Both the position numbers and the translations under genes were made by a program. Below the pieces are notes generated by a model. It did no database searches. It saw only the letters and a program-made list of their open reading frames with translations, and was not told the DNA's origin. From Bacillota bacterium (GTDB lineage Bacteria > Bacillota > Sulfobacillia > Fermentithermobacillales > Fermentithermobacillaceae): a stretch of 64,000 bases of DNA. Shown piece by piece: positions 18,179-28,044 of this stretch (positions are counted from its first letter, which is position 1; each line of letters opens with the position of its first letter). Where the stretch lies: the NCBI GenBank assembly GCA_050952065.1, contig JBMNKF010000007.1:76412-140411 (forward strand), given 5' to 3'.

Positions 18179-19384
18179 TTGGATATCAAACTCATGCGCA
18201 GCCAAGGACTCAGCATCAGGGAGATCTCTAGGCGGACCGGCAGAGACCGGAAGACCATCGCCAAGTATCTCCAGTGCCAAGAACTGCCCAAGTACAAACC
18301 CAGGCCACCGCGGCCGTCCAAACTGGATCCCTACAAAGACTACCTTAGAGCCAGGATGGCCGAGGGCGTGTTCAACGCCAACCGCCTGTTTAACGAGATC
18401 AAGTCTCTCGGGTACTCCGGCGGTAAGACAATTCTCAAAGACTTCCTAAAACCCTTCCGTCCTTTGCAAAAAGCCCAGGCTGTCTCACGGTTTGAGACCA
18501 AGCCCGGGGAGCAAGCCCAAGTAGACTTCGGTGTGTTCAAGTACGAAGAACAGGGCCGTGAGCGGAAGATCTACGCCTTTATCATGGTGATGAGTTACTC
18601 GAGGGCGATGTATGTGGAGTTTGTGGACAGGCAGGACACAGCTACACTGATACGGTGCCACATCCATGCCTTCGAGTACTTCGGAGGGGTGCCTGAACAC
18701 ATCCTGTACGACAACCTCAAGCCGGTAGTGCTTGGACGGGATGAAGGTGGTCAACCGGTGTGGAACCAGAGGTTTCTAGACTTTGCCCTGGTAGCCGGCT
18801 TCTACCCTAAAGCCTGCCGGCCTTACAGGGCCCAGACCAAAGGCCGGGTCGAAAGAGCGATCCGTTACCTCAGGCAGAGTTTCTGGCCGGGGCTTAGGTT
18901 TTTCGGCCTGGAAGACTTGAACGCTCAAGTTAGGGCATGGTGTGATGCCGTTGCAAACAAGAGAGTCCACGGTACTACTCAGAAGAGACCTTGCGACCTC
19001 TTGGCTGAGGAAAACCTTCATGCCTTGCCAGATAGGGCAGCGTTGGTGGTTTTTCTCGCTGAGGAGCGCAAGGTCAGTCGGGACGGGTTCGTGAGTTTCG
19101 GCGGAAGCAGGTACGGAGTGCCTTGGGCTTTCGCTGGGAAGACGGTGGAAGTCAGGGAGAACGGCTACCACGTTGAGGTGTACTCGGGAGGGGCAAGAGT
19201 GGCTGTCCACCCCAAGGCGCTGGTACCGGGGACCGTTGTGCCCCTAGCAGGCCAGTGGGACGGCGTACCTCTCGGTACCGACCGAAAGCCAAGACAAGTG
19301 TTGGCCACACGAGTAGAGAGCCCCGAGGTTGAAGTGAGGCCTCTCAGAACCTACGAAGTCTTGGCGGAGGTGAGCAGCACGTGA
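18179..19384 (+). CDS. istA: IS21 transposase IstA (HTH + DDE integrase core)
   Basis: N-terminal HTH (RSQGLSIREISRRTGRDRKTIAKYL), DDE-type core (QVDFG...YDNLK...), typical approx 400 aa size. TTG 18179 lies 10 nt after AGGAGG; the ORF-track start at GTG 18149 is also possible. Confidence 0.85.
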   Translation: MDIKLMRSQGLSIREISRRTGRDRKTIAKYLQCQELPKYKPRPPRPSKLDPYKDYLRARMAEGVFNANRLFNEIKSLGYSGGKTILKDFLKPFRPLQKAQAVSRFETKPGEQAQVDFGVFKYEEQGRERKIYAFIMVMSYSRAMYVEFVDRQDTATLIRCHIHAFEYFGGVPEHILYDNLKPVVLGRDEGGQPVWNQRFLDFALVAGFYPKACRPYRAQTKGRVERAIRYLRQSFWPGLRFFGLEDLNAQVRAWCDAVANKRVHGTTQKRPCDLLAEENLHALPDRAALVVFLAEERKVSRDGFVSFGGSRYGVPWAFAGKTVEVRENGYHVEVYSGGARVAVHPKALVPGTVVPLAGQWDGVPLGTDRKPRQVLATRVESPEVEVRPLRTYEVLAEVSST

Positions 19385-20214
19385 TAGCCGTCGAAAAAGC
19401 CCGCCAGCAACTACTTGATTTAGGTCTAAGCCAGGCCGCGAGCATCTTGGACAGCAGGTTGGAAGCTGCCTCTCAGAAAGACCTCACATACGCGGACTTC
19501 CTGACTGACCTTCTTGACACCGAACTGGCTGCTCGAAGAGAGAGGTACATAACAGCGAGAACCAGGCTAGCCCACCTGCCCTTTCACAAAACGCTGGACC
19601 AATTCGATTTCTCCTTCCAGCCCTCCATCGACGAGAGGCAGGTGAGGGAACTCGCGACACTCACCTTTGTGCAGGAAGCGTCCAACATCATTCTGCTGGG
19701 ACCTCCCGGGGTTGGGAAAACCCATTTGGCAGTCGCTCTAGGCATCGAGGCCATCCGACAAGGAGTCGGTGTGTACTTCGTCACTGCTCACACTTTAGTG
19801 GAAGACCTGAAGAGAGCTTACGCCGACAACAGGCTCGACAGGAGGATGAGAGTCTACATCGCGCCCAAAGTGCTGATCATTGACGAGGTAGGTTACCGGC
19901 CCTTCGATTCTGTGGGCGCAGCCATGCTCTTTCAGCTGGTGTCTGCCAGGTACGAACGCGGGGCGATTATCTTGACCTCAAACAAAGGGTTTGGAGAGTG
20001 GGGTGAGATATTCGGAGACACAGTAGTGGCCACAGCGATCCTGGACCGCCTGCTTCATCACTCCCACATCATCAACATCCGAGGCGAGAGTTGGCGGCTC
20101 AGGGAGAAGAAGCGAGCCGGTCTGTTCGGAACCACCTATTCACGACCGGCCGTGAAGTCTGGGGTGGGGGAAAATTCAACCGGCCAAAGTGGAGGAATTT
20201 TCGACCGGCCTTGA
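19381..20214 (+). CDS. istB: IS21 helper ATPase IstB
   Basis: Walker A GPPGVGKTHLAVALG, Walker B VLIIDEVGY, IstB-typical C-terminus. Start overlaps the istA stop (GTGA). Confidence 0.9.
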   Translation: MIAVEKARQQLLDLGLSQAASILDSRLEAASQKDLTYADFLTDLLDTELAARRERYITARTRLAHLPFHKTLDQFDFSFQPSIDERQVRELATLTFVQEASNIILLGPPGVGKTHLAVALGIEAIRQGVGVYFVTAHTLVEDLKRAYADNRLDRRMRVYIAPKVLIIDEVGYRPFDSVGAAMLFQLVSARYERGAIILTSNKGFGEWGEIFGDTVVATAILDRLLHHSHIINIRGESWRLREKKRAGLFGTTYSRPAVKSGVGENSTGQSGGIFDRP

Positions 20215-20466
20215 CAGCGGCAACGAGCTTCGATTCATATGCCTCTCCAATTCCTTCAATGGTGCTAAGCTTTGACACGTTTTTCACTCCTTTCCGGTTT
20301 GGAACGCCCCTACTTATACACATCAGTGCGTCTGTGTGTTTCATAGTATAGCATCAGCGCCCGTTGGGAAATCGGGACGGTTGTGGAGATAGGTTGGAGG
20401 TTCTCAGAGAGATGCTCGGCCCGTCTAACACACTATCGATGCTTCCTTAGACGTGGGAATCGAGTC

Positions 20467-21354
20467 CTAGAGTCCTGGAAGTTCCTCGAACAAACTCATT
20501 TGCTCCGCTCGCTCATGCGACTCGTACGTTCGCAGGTACTTGAAAACCTCATCGCTATTGTGCAGAATGCCATGTTTCTCGCACTCCGTGTGGAAAATGT
20601 CCATGAGCCGGTCGTTGTCGTCGCTCACGACCTCATAGCGGTACCCGTACTTCATCTGGTATCTTTCCCTAAGGCCGGGGAAATGCTCATCCAGTCTCTC
20701 GTAGAAATATTCTCGGTTCCCCTCGCGCAAAGTGAGACCCATGCAGAAACAAATGATGCCGTACACGCGTGCTTCAAAGCAATACCCCAGTACACCCCTG
20801 AGGTTTTCCTCCGTGTCATTAATGAAAGGGAGGATCGGGTCGAGCCAAACTACAGTCGGGATGCCGTTGTCCAGGAGGGTTTTCAGGACCTCGAAACGCG
20901 CCCTGGTCGTGGATACATTGGGCTCTATGAGTCTGCACAGATCTTCGTCATAGGTGGTGAGCGTCATCTGAACCACGCACTTCGATTTCGCGTTTATTCT
21001 CTTGAGAAGATCTAGGTCCCTCAGGATTCGTGCCGACTTGGTCTGTATGGCGAGTCCAAACCCGTGCTTCTCTATGATTTCGAGACACCTTCTTGTATGA
21101 TTTAGCTGGAGTTCAGCGTGGATATACGGGTCGCACATCGCTCCCGTACCGATCATGCACTTCTTACGCTTCTTTGAGAGAGCGAGTTCAAGTAGCTCCG
21201 GGGCATTGCTCTTGACCTCAACGTCTTCGAAGTCGTGGTCCATGCCGTAACACTTGCTGCGGCTGTCGCAGTAGATACATCCGTGAGTGCAGCCACGATA
21301 GATGTTCATCCCGTTTTTCGGCGACAGTATTGACTTCGCTTGTCTGAAATGCAT
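20467..21354 (-). CDS. Radical SAM protein, SplB/DNA-photolyase-like (COG1533 type)
   Basis: CxxxCxxC cluster (GCTHGCIYCDS) near the N-terminus, then TIM-barrel-like radical SAM core; size 295 aa. Confidence 0.65.
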   Translation of the reverse strand: MHFRQAKSILSPKNGMNIYRGCTHGCIYCDSRSKCYGMDHDFEDVEVKSNAPELLELALSKKRKKCMIGTGAMCDPYIHAELQLNHTRRCLEIIEKHGFGLAIQTKSARILRDLDLLKRINAKSKCVVQMTLTTYDEDLCRLIEPNVSTTRARFEVLKTLLDNGIPTVVWLDPILPFINDTEENLRGVLGYCFEARVYGIICFCMGLTLREGNREYFYERLDEHFPGLRERYQMKYGYRYEVVSDDNDRLMDIFHTECEKHGILHNSDEVFKYLRTYESHERAEQMSLFEELPGL

Positions 21355-21671
21355 GATGTCACCTCTGAATCACTACAGCCTCGCGAAGGTTCAAGCGACT
21401 CAGTTTGTGGTGCAGGCCCTTATAATGTACGAGGTGTTTGTATCGGTTTTTCGTACAGAAGGCTTTTTCCTGCAGCCATGACGGCGCCACTTTGACTCAC
21501 AACTTACAAAAGGCGTGAAGCCTTTCCGCCGATTTCAGCCAAGCGCTAAGTATTGTAGAACGGTACGTTTGCACCTATGATTGTTCTCAAGAGGGATGAC
21601 ATCTTTGGGAGGGGAACACCGCGATAACGAACATATTAGTTGCTCTAGACAATTCCGCTTACGCGGACAAG

Positions 21672-22052
21672 GTGATGGAAGAGGCGGTAGGACTTGCCAA
21701 GGTATTTGGGGCAAAGCTGACTGCCTTGTCTGTGGTCGATTATTCCGCTGTAGCCTGGATCCACGACTCCGGGGTCATGGTAGTTCCCGAAATCCTCGAC
21801 GGAATGAGGGATTCCTTCAAGGCGTGCCTCGAGAGGTGCAGCGTACTGGCAAAAGAAGCCGGTGTGGCTTTTGAGCAGGTGCTCTTGACAGGTAGTCCGG
21901 CACACTCAATCGTTGAGTACGCGGATAAGAATGATATCGACCTCATCGTTCTGGGCCACATCGGTAGAACCGCGGCAGCGACTCTCCTTCTCGGAAGTGT
22001 CGCGTACAAAGTCACGAATCAAGCCAAATGCAGCGTGTTCGTGGTGAAATGA
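21672..22052 (+). CDS. Universal stress protein (UspA family)
   Basis: C-terminal ATP-binding motif (DLIVLGHIGRTAAATLLLGSVAYKVTNQAKCSVFVV). The conserved N-terminal strand (ILVALDNS) lies in frame upstream of the first canonical start (see findings). Confidence 0.7.
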   Translation: MMEEAVGLAKVFGAKLTALSVVDYSAVAWIHDSGVMVVPEILDGMRDSFKACLERCSVLAKEAGVAFEQVLLTGSPAHSIVEYADKNDIDLIVLGHIGRTAAATLLLGSVAYKVTNQAKCSVFVVK

Positions 22053-23056
22053 TGCTTTGTTAATGCGAGACGAAAAACACCGGGAGTTGCGCGACGGCTG
22101 AAACCCCTCTGGCCAACGTGGCTTTGAACGCTGGGTTGAATAACGGAAGAGTGATTCTTTGACAGTGTTCTTCCCGGCCTGGGGTTTCGGCGTTCCTTGG
22201 GTAGTGGCCATATTGTCCCTCGTAGGTACGGAGGAACCCGCCATGTTGCTGTGGGTGGATAGGGAGTACCTACGCTCCAGAGCTCACTTCCAGAGTCAGC
22301 AATCATAGATAAGTGATGGGGATTGAGTCCCAACTCATGAAGCTTCCAGTGTGGGGAGTATTCTATCGATTAGTGACAGAAGATGCCTATTGAGGCCAAC
22401 ACCACCGGGTGGCCGCATATCATACAGCCGAACGCGGAGGGAGTGATTGGTATGGCAGCTCAGTTTAGAGTGAGAATTGGTGCCGGAGCTCAGGCGGTTC
22501 ATCACACGCTGAGGGAATGCATGGCTCACGTGGAGCTCGTTAGCGAGGATGTCTATCGGAGCGCCGGCGGAAAGGACTACATCGCCGTTCTCCTTTACCA
22601 GCAGTACTTCATCCGAGTCGGGAACCAGGTGGCCCTCATGCTGCTAATCTCAGGAGACTCTCAGACGACCACAGTGAAGTCTGTGGCTTGCGCGTCAAGC
22701 AGGGATATCTTGCTAAGCTTCGATCTGGGTGCCGCAGGCGACTTTGCCGCGGAGCCCATCAACCTACTGCGAGACCTCTATCCGGGGAGAGTCTACGAAG
22801 TCCCTTCTCAAGGGTAAGGCAAGGCTCTATGAGAGCACTTGGCGACCTCATAGGTTGAACGTCACCTTCAGCGCCAACAGCGTCAATGCAGAGACAGACC
22901 TATAGATACCACCACGACAAGATTTCAATAAGGCGGCGTAGTGGGACTTGTGGTGTTCAGAGAACCAACCTTGTCTCGACTCCGGTGTTCCAACAATCGG
23001 GGTTTATCTGTACATTAGGTCTGAGGCAGGATACGAACAGGAACGGAGAGGTAGAC

Positions 23057-23977
23057 ATGAATCTACTCAAGAGACGTTGTGTTGGTTTCGGCAGGCAGGT
23101 TCTGCTCAATGGAGCATTTGTTGGAATGGCAGCGTTATTCGTCGTCGGGAAGACGGCATTGAATGTGCTGGTTGGAGCCAGGCCGGCGACTGCTGCGCGT
23201 AGCGGACTCATGGGTCTAGCCATGTACGTGCTTGGTGCGTTTGTCATTCACCTGCTATCAGAGGAACGTGCAATTCATAATAACGACGGTGGTGTCGCAA
23301 GCAGAGGCTCGACTAATGTCTATTTAGCTCTAGCCCTATTTAGCTTGATCGGAGTCGTCCTAACATGGACTGTCCTTCACAGCATTGGCTCAATTGGATC
23401 CGGGGTTCCATTATGGAGCGGAATCCGAGCCGCTTGGGAAGAGTGGGTAAGGGGTTTGACGGCCAGCAGTCCGCATTTCGAGGGAACCGGCCTTATCGGG
23501 TTCCCCAATTTGCTGCTCTATGTGGCCCTGCCGGCTTTGGTATACGTCGCATCGCGGCGTTCGCTTCCTAACGTCGGAGGACTAAAACCAGCCATTCCGT
23601 CCATGCCATTTGTCATACTGTATATAGTGGCGTTTTGCGTTGTCCGAGGCATCTCGACGACAAGCCTCCTTACTTTGTTCTTTGTAATGTTGTGGCCCGC
23701 TCTGGGGGAGGAATTCCTGTACAGAGGGATCCTTCAGAACACTCTGACTGACTTCTTTGGCAACGCCGTTACTGGGATCGTGACCACCTCGTTTCTCTTT
23801 GCTGCCAGCCACATTCCCGCATACGTCATAGCAGGGAGCGGCCCGGTTGTACTCAGGTGGTCAGCGCTTCTGCCGGTCCTACTGACGTCTTTTTTCTGGG
23901 GTTACGGTTACCACCGCACAGGCGTGCTGTGGCCGTGGGTCTTCATCCACGCCGCCAGCAATCTTGTGGGGTTCTAG
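23057..23977 (+). CDS. CPBP-family (CAAX/Abi) intramembrane metalloprotease
   Basis: Polytopic membrane protein with the three CPBP motifs: EEFLYRG (EExxxR), FAASHIP (FxxxH), HAASN. ATG 23057 after GGAGAGG; the ORF-track start at 22886 adds a non-membrane leader. Confidence 0.7.
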   Translation: MNLLKRRCVGFGRQVLLNGAFVGMAALFVVGKTALNVLVGARPATAARSGLMGLAMYVLGAFVIHLLSEERAIHNNDGGVASRGSTNVYLALALFSLIGVVLTWTVLHSIGSIGSGVPLWSGIRAAWEEWVRGLTASSPHFEGTGLIGFPNLLLYVALPALVYVASRRSLPNVGGLKPAIPSMPFVILYIVAFCVVRGISTTSLLTLFFVMLWPALGEEFLYRGILQNTLTDFFGNAVTGIVTTSFLFAASHIPAYVIAGSGPVVLRWSALLPVLLTSFFWGYGYHRTGVLWPWVFIHAASNLVGF

Positions 23978-24031
23978 CCGCGCCCGAAGCATCGCAATTG
24001 GTATGGTGTTCTGGCGTGTCGCGCCTTGGCC

Positions 24032-24973
24032 CTACTTGGGTGCGAAAGACTCGTTGTTGACAGTACGACCCTTGTCTCCCCGATAGGGGGTAGGGACGTA
24101 CTGAACAGATGGTCTTGTCTGGGCAGGCTGCGGGTACAGGTCCATCAGTTCGAACACTTCCCTAGGCATTTCCTTACAAATGGGCGGGAACCCCAGTTTG
24201 CTCAGCTCCTCGCAAGTGAGGGGGTAATCGTGGGTCCAAACGCCCGAAGTGAGTTTTGTTGCCAGTCTCCTTGCGTCCTCAGCGTCCATTCTCTGGCTAA
24301 GCATGTCGGTTACTGTCTGGGCTACCTGTCTCACAGCCTTTTCAGCCATATCTGCCAGGATAATTGTCTCGTCATCAATGTCTTTCGGGTCTTTCTGTCT
24401 CAGAACCCTCAAGATAGACGATGCGGCATACTTACCTACCTGCGGGTCTACCGGTCCAAGGACTGCATTGGGATCCATGACTATCTCGTCTGCTGACAAG
24501 GCTATAAGCGACCCGCCTGACATCGCATAGTGGGGGACGAACACGGTTACCTTGGCCTTATGGCGGAGGAGAGCCCGTGCGATCTGCTCCGATGCAAGTA
24601 CCAGTCCGCCGGGTGTATGCAAGATGATGTCGATGGGCATGTCATCGGGCGTGAGCCTGATGGCGCGGAGCACTTGTTCAGAGTCTTCGATGCTAATGTA
24701 GCGAGTAAGCTGCACTCCAAGAAAGTTGACGGATTCCTGGCGGTGTATAAGAGTGATCAGACGAGATTTACGCTTCCTTTCGAAGGCCCTGATCAGGTTA
24801 ACCCTGGAAGAATCCAGAAACCTTTTCTGGAGTGCCGGAACGAACATAGAAATCAGGAATAGGCTCCAGATGATGGTGGATAGGTCCAGTTTGATTCCCT
24901 CCTCTGGAAGAAGTCTGTCTGGTATTGGCCAATAACATGTCCCGGTCGGCACATCTATTGTATATTGATTCAT
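24032..24973 (-). CDS. ClpP-class serine protease of the SDH ('serine dehydrogenase proteinase') family, membrane-anchored
   Basis: N-terminal TM segment, then LITLIHRQESVNF...IDIILHTPGGLVLASEQIARAL...YAMSGGSLIALSADEIVMDPNAVLGPVDP (ClpP/crotonase-fold Ser-protease signature). Confidence 0.6.
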   Translation of the reverse strand: MNQYTIDVPTGTCYWPIPDRLLPEEGIKLDLSTIIWSLFLISMFVPALQKRFLDSSRVNLIRAFERKRKSRLITLIHRQESVNFLGVQLTRYISIEDSEQVLRAIRLTPDDMPIDIILHTPGGLVLASEQIARALLRHKAKVTVFVPHYAMSGGSLIALSADEIVMDPNAVLGPVDPQVGKYAASSILRVLRQKDPKDIDDETIILADMAEKAVRQVAQTVTDMLSQRMDAEDARRLATKLTSGVWTHDYPLTCEELSKLGFPPICKEMPREVFELMDLYPQPAQTRPSVQYVPTPYRGDKGRTVNNESFAPK

Positions 24974-26277
24974 CGCGCCACAAAGAGAAACCCTAATACC
25001 ACAAACATGATCCGTAAGATGTTGCCGGTTAGTCTCCCAAGTTTCATCCTCTTGGCCTTGACAAATAGATCAAACGCAAAAAGGCCACAGGACAGCACGT
25101 AGAATACCAGAACAAAAAGCCATTTGCTGGCCATTAACCATCCGGTCAAAACGGTTGCAGCGGCGTAAAGGAGGCACCCCCAAAAGACGTAGCTCATAGC
25201 GATATGGTGGTCTCCGACAGGCAGAAACAGACCCTTTCGGCGCTTTTCCAGCAAAGTGCCAAGCTGTCGTTTCAGCATTTCGCCAATGTTTGCATACGCG
25301 GTCATGATGAGAATGACGCTGATAGGGGCCGCTGTCGCTGGATCTCCAATGAAAGGTATTTCAGCGAACACAGGTGTTCGGAAGACCAGTACGCCCAAAA
25401 GCTGCAACCCAAAAAGGACAATCCAAATCTGTCCGCCCGCCCTAATGGTTTCTATGGCCCCTTTAAGAAAGATGGCGTTTTCTCTCTTGAGGGGGAGATT
25501 ATGTAGGAGAAGACTGCGCTTCCGATTGGCGTTATGTTCGGCGGTTATTCGGATCATCTGCGCTATGTCAAAACGGCTTGCCGCCGCTGTGGTTTCGTCT
25601 ATCAGAGCCATGTCTCGGCTGTACCTCAAGAGATTGAGATCGTGTATCCCTACAAAGATTGAATGTGTCGCCCACAATAAAGCGCTCCAGACGAGAACGT
25701 GGCGTACGGCCTGGGTTTTTGCCAATATGCCCATTGAAGACAGGATGTAGCCTGCACCTGTTACAAAACTCGCGTTTCCAATGCGATGATAGTTTATCCA
25801 CGACAACGTGCTGCCTGAGAACATGTATCCTCCAAGTAGCAACGCGTTCAGCAAAGTCAAACCGGAGTATCGAAACCCATCCATCAATCCCGATAGAAGC
25901 AAGGCCGTTAGAAGGCTTTTCACCAAAACCCATGCATACTCAGCTATTAGGATTTTGTTGAAGTGAGATGTGCCGCGCAGATAATGAACAGTCGCGGCGT
26001 TTACCGCTATTGCGGGCGTCCTTGTGATGAACACACGATAGCCGTTGAGGATGACGCAAGCCAAGAGCACGTAGCAGACGGATTTGGGCCCTAGAGTGAT
26101 GCCGATCCCGCCGCCCAGGACCGCGACTAGGAACCGATAGCCGAGGTAGGCAAAGCCCAATGACATCCCAAGAAACGAAGGCCAGTAATGCTTAAGCATG
26201 TTCTTTGTCGTTCGGAGTCTATGCCTGATAATTGCGCCATACACTGCGGTATTCACGACGGGCCTCCCACGAGCCAC
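24970..26277 (-). CDS. ecsB: ABC-transporter membrane component, EcsB-like (multi-TM, approx 435 aa)
   Basis: About 8 hydrophobic helices and no ATPase motifs. 4-nt overlap with the downstream protease gene and 25-nt overlap with the upstream ABC ATPase. Size and context fit EcsB. Name is inferred. Confidence 0.45.
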   Translation of the reverse strand: MARGRPVVNTAVYGAIIRHRLRTTKNMLKHYWPSFLGMSLGFAYLGYRFLVAVLGGGIGITLGPKSVCYVLLACVILNGYRVFITRTPAIAVNAATVHYLRGTSHFNKILIAEYAWVLVKSLLTALLLSGLMDGFRYSGLTLLNALLLGGYMFSGSTLSWINYHRIGNASFVTGAGYILSSMGILAKTQAVRHVLVWSALLWATHSIFVGIHDLNLLRYSRDMALIDETTAAASRFDIAQMIRITAEHNANRKRSLLLHNLPLKRENAIFLKGAIETIRAGGQIWIVLFGLQLLGVLVFRTPVFAEIPFIGDPATAAPISVILIMTAYANIGEMLKRQLGTLLEKRRKGLFLPVGDHHIAMSYVFWGCLLYAAATVLTGWLMASKWLFVLVFYVLSCGLFAFDLFVKAKRMKLGRLTGNILRIMFVVLGFLFVAR

Positions 26278-26978
26278 AGATAGACTTTCTCCAACGTGCT
26301 GTCGAGGCTCAATGAGTGGCTTTGGATGATTTCCTGTTTTGTGCCGTTGGCCATGACTCTGCCCTGATGCAGCACTACATAGCGGTCACACAATCCGTCC
26401 ACCACATCTAAGAGGTGTGTGGACAGCAAGACGGCCATTTGGCTCTTTCTGCATTCCCTCAGAATTTGTTTGAAGACGCTGATTTGCTTTGGGTCAAGTC
26501 CTGTGAAAGGTTCATCGGCAATCAGTAGTTCGAACTCTCTAAGAAGAGACAATGCGATCATGAGTTTCTGTTTGGTGCCTCTGGAGAGCGCTGCCGGCAC
26601 TTTATGCAGATGACCGTGGAGCTCAAGCACATCAATTATCTTTTCAATAGACACCTTGTTATTGGGGTATAGCGCCTTCAGGAAGTGCAGATGCTCTAGC
26701 AGGGTAAGCTCCTCATAGAAGATGGGCTCGTCTGGTATATACGAAACCGGGAAGTCCTCGCCCTTGAATCTGGAGATATCCTGTCCATTTACTCGTATAG
26801 AGCCTTCCTGAGGTCGCACATAACCGATGGCGTTGAGGATGGCTGTACTCTTACCGGCACCGTTTGCCCCTATCAGGCCGACGATTTCGCCTCGCTGCAG
26901 GCGAAACGAGACATTGTCCAGCGCCAGTACGTGTGGATCAGAATATGAGAAGGAGACCCGCTGAAACTCAAGCAGCAT
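26253..26978 (-). CDS. ecsA: ABC transporter ATP-binding protein, EcsA-like
   Basis: 241 aa. Walker A GANGAGKST, signature LSRGTKQKL, Walker B LLIADEPFTGLD, H-loop STHLL. Confidence 0.8.
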   Translation of the reverse strand: MLLEFQRVSFSYSDPHVLALDNVSFRLQRGEIVGLIGANGAGKSTAILNAIGYVRPQEGSIRVNGQDISRFKGEDFPVSYIPDEPIFYEELTLLEHLHFLKALYPNNKVSIEKIIDVLELHGHLHKVPAALSRGTKQKLMIALSLLREFELLIADEPFTGLDPKQISVFKQILRECRKSQMAVLLSTHLLDVVDGLCDRYVVLHQGRVMANGTKQEIIQSHSLSLDSTLEKVYLWLVGGPS

Positions 26979-27095
26979 TCTGTCACCTCGAAGCCGTACA
27001 TTTCAGCATGCTTGTTTTCCGTGTTTATTCTTTTGTAGATGTGCGGACCAATTGGCCAAGTATAAGTATACTTGATCGTGAGCGGCTTTCCAAAA

Positions 27096-28040
27096 CTATC
27101 CTTCATGAAGGTGACACCATACAATGTGGCCGGGGTCGTGTCTTACGCGTGATGGTCCCGGTGTCTCGCTCTCACACATACTTATCTTCCTATGACATCG
27201 CGACTGGTATTTGCACCCGGGTGGAGGACTTACAGCTGTTGGCACCTGCTCCAGCGTTGTTCCGGAAAACGACCTTTTCTCGCCTAGCCTTGGAATAGAT
27301 GACAGAAGAGCCTGAGTATAAGGGTGTCGCGGATCTCGGAAAATCGATTCTGTAGGCCCCATCTCCATAATTCTTCCAAGGTACATGATCGCGATCCGAT
27401 CGCTTAGGTGATGCACCACGGCTAGGTCGTGGGAGATCAAGAGGTACGATAGACCTAGTTCTGCCTTGAGCTCCTCAAGCAGATTTAGTATTTGAGCCTG
27501 CACTGACACATCCAAAGCCGAGACAGGTTCATCGGCCACAATGAAAGACGGCCTGGTGGCCAACGCTCTGGCGATTCCGATTCTTTGCCGCTGTCCGCCG
27601 CTGAATTGCCTCGGATATTGATCAATGTGTCCGGGGCGCAGTCCTACTCGATTCAGGAGATGCAGAGTCTCCTCACGGACTCTTTTCCCCGTCACGCCAC
27701 GTTTTCTGAGGGCCGTCCCGATGATCTGCCCTACGGTGTGCTGGGGATTCAGAGAGCTGTAAGGGTTTTGGAAAATCATTTGCATATTGTCCCCGTAGAA
27801 ATCCACCCTTCCTTCTGTTGGAGGGTACAGCCCCGTTATCACTCGCCCCAGAGTGCTCTTGCCGCAGCCTGATTCACCTACCAGTCCCAGGGTCTCACCC
27901 TTGTGGATGAGCAGGTTCACGCCGTCAACGGCTTTGGTTACCTTCGTAGCCGCGCCTGCCAAGTATCGCTCCAGAAATGTGGGTTGGACCCAGAAATACT
28001 TCTTTAGGTCCTTGACTGACACAATAACAGTTGACTCCAT
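27096..28040 (-). CDS. oppF: Oligo/dipeptide ABC transporter ATP-binding protein (OppF/DppF type)
   Basis: Walker A GESGCGKST, signature FSGGQRQRIGIARAL, Walker B IVADEPVSALD, C-terminal oligopeptide-ABC extension. Start chosen at internal ATG (MESTVIVSVKDLKKYF) just downstream of the oppD stop. Confidence 0.8.
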   Translation of the reverse strand: MESTVIVSVKDLKKYFWVQPTFLERYLAGAATKVTKAVDGVNLLIHKGETLGLVGESGCGKSTLGRVITGLYPPTEGRVDFYGDNMQMIFQNPYSSLNPQHTVGQIIGTALRKRGVTGKRVREETLHLLNRVGLRPGHIDQYPRQFSGGQRQRIGIARALATRPSFIVADEPVSALDVSVQAQILNLLEELKAELGLSYLLISHDLAVVHHLSDRIAIMYLGRIMEMGPTESIFRDPRHPYTQALLSSIPRLGEKRSFSGTTLEQVPTAVSPPPGCKYQSRCHRKISMCESETPGPSRVRHDPGHIVWCHLHEG

Positions 28041-28044
28041 AGAT

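Larger units (their letters stand above)
18069..20320 (+). mobile_element. IS21-family insertion sequence (istA-istB); ends approximate
   Basis: Coupled istA/istB genes. Imperfect terminal repeats containing GGA(G)TGAAAAA near 18088-18102 and, inverted, near 20281-20292. Exact termini and target-site duplication not resolved by eye. Confidence 0.5.

Noticed and set aside
20099-20344. 81-aa minus-strand ORF at IS21 right end, examined as possible missing Fpg N-terminus
   Set aside because: Sequence (MKHTDALMCISRGV...) has no PELPEVE/Fpg N-domain similarity and runs into istB.
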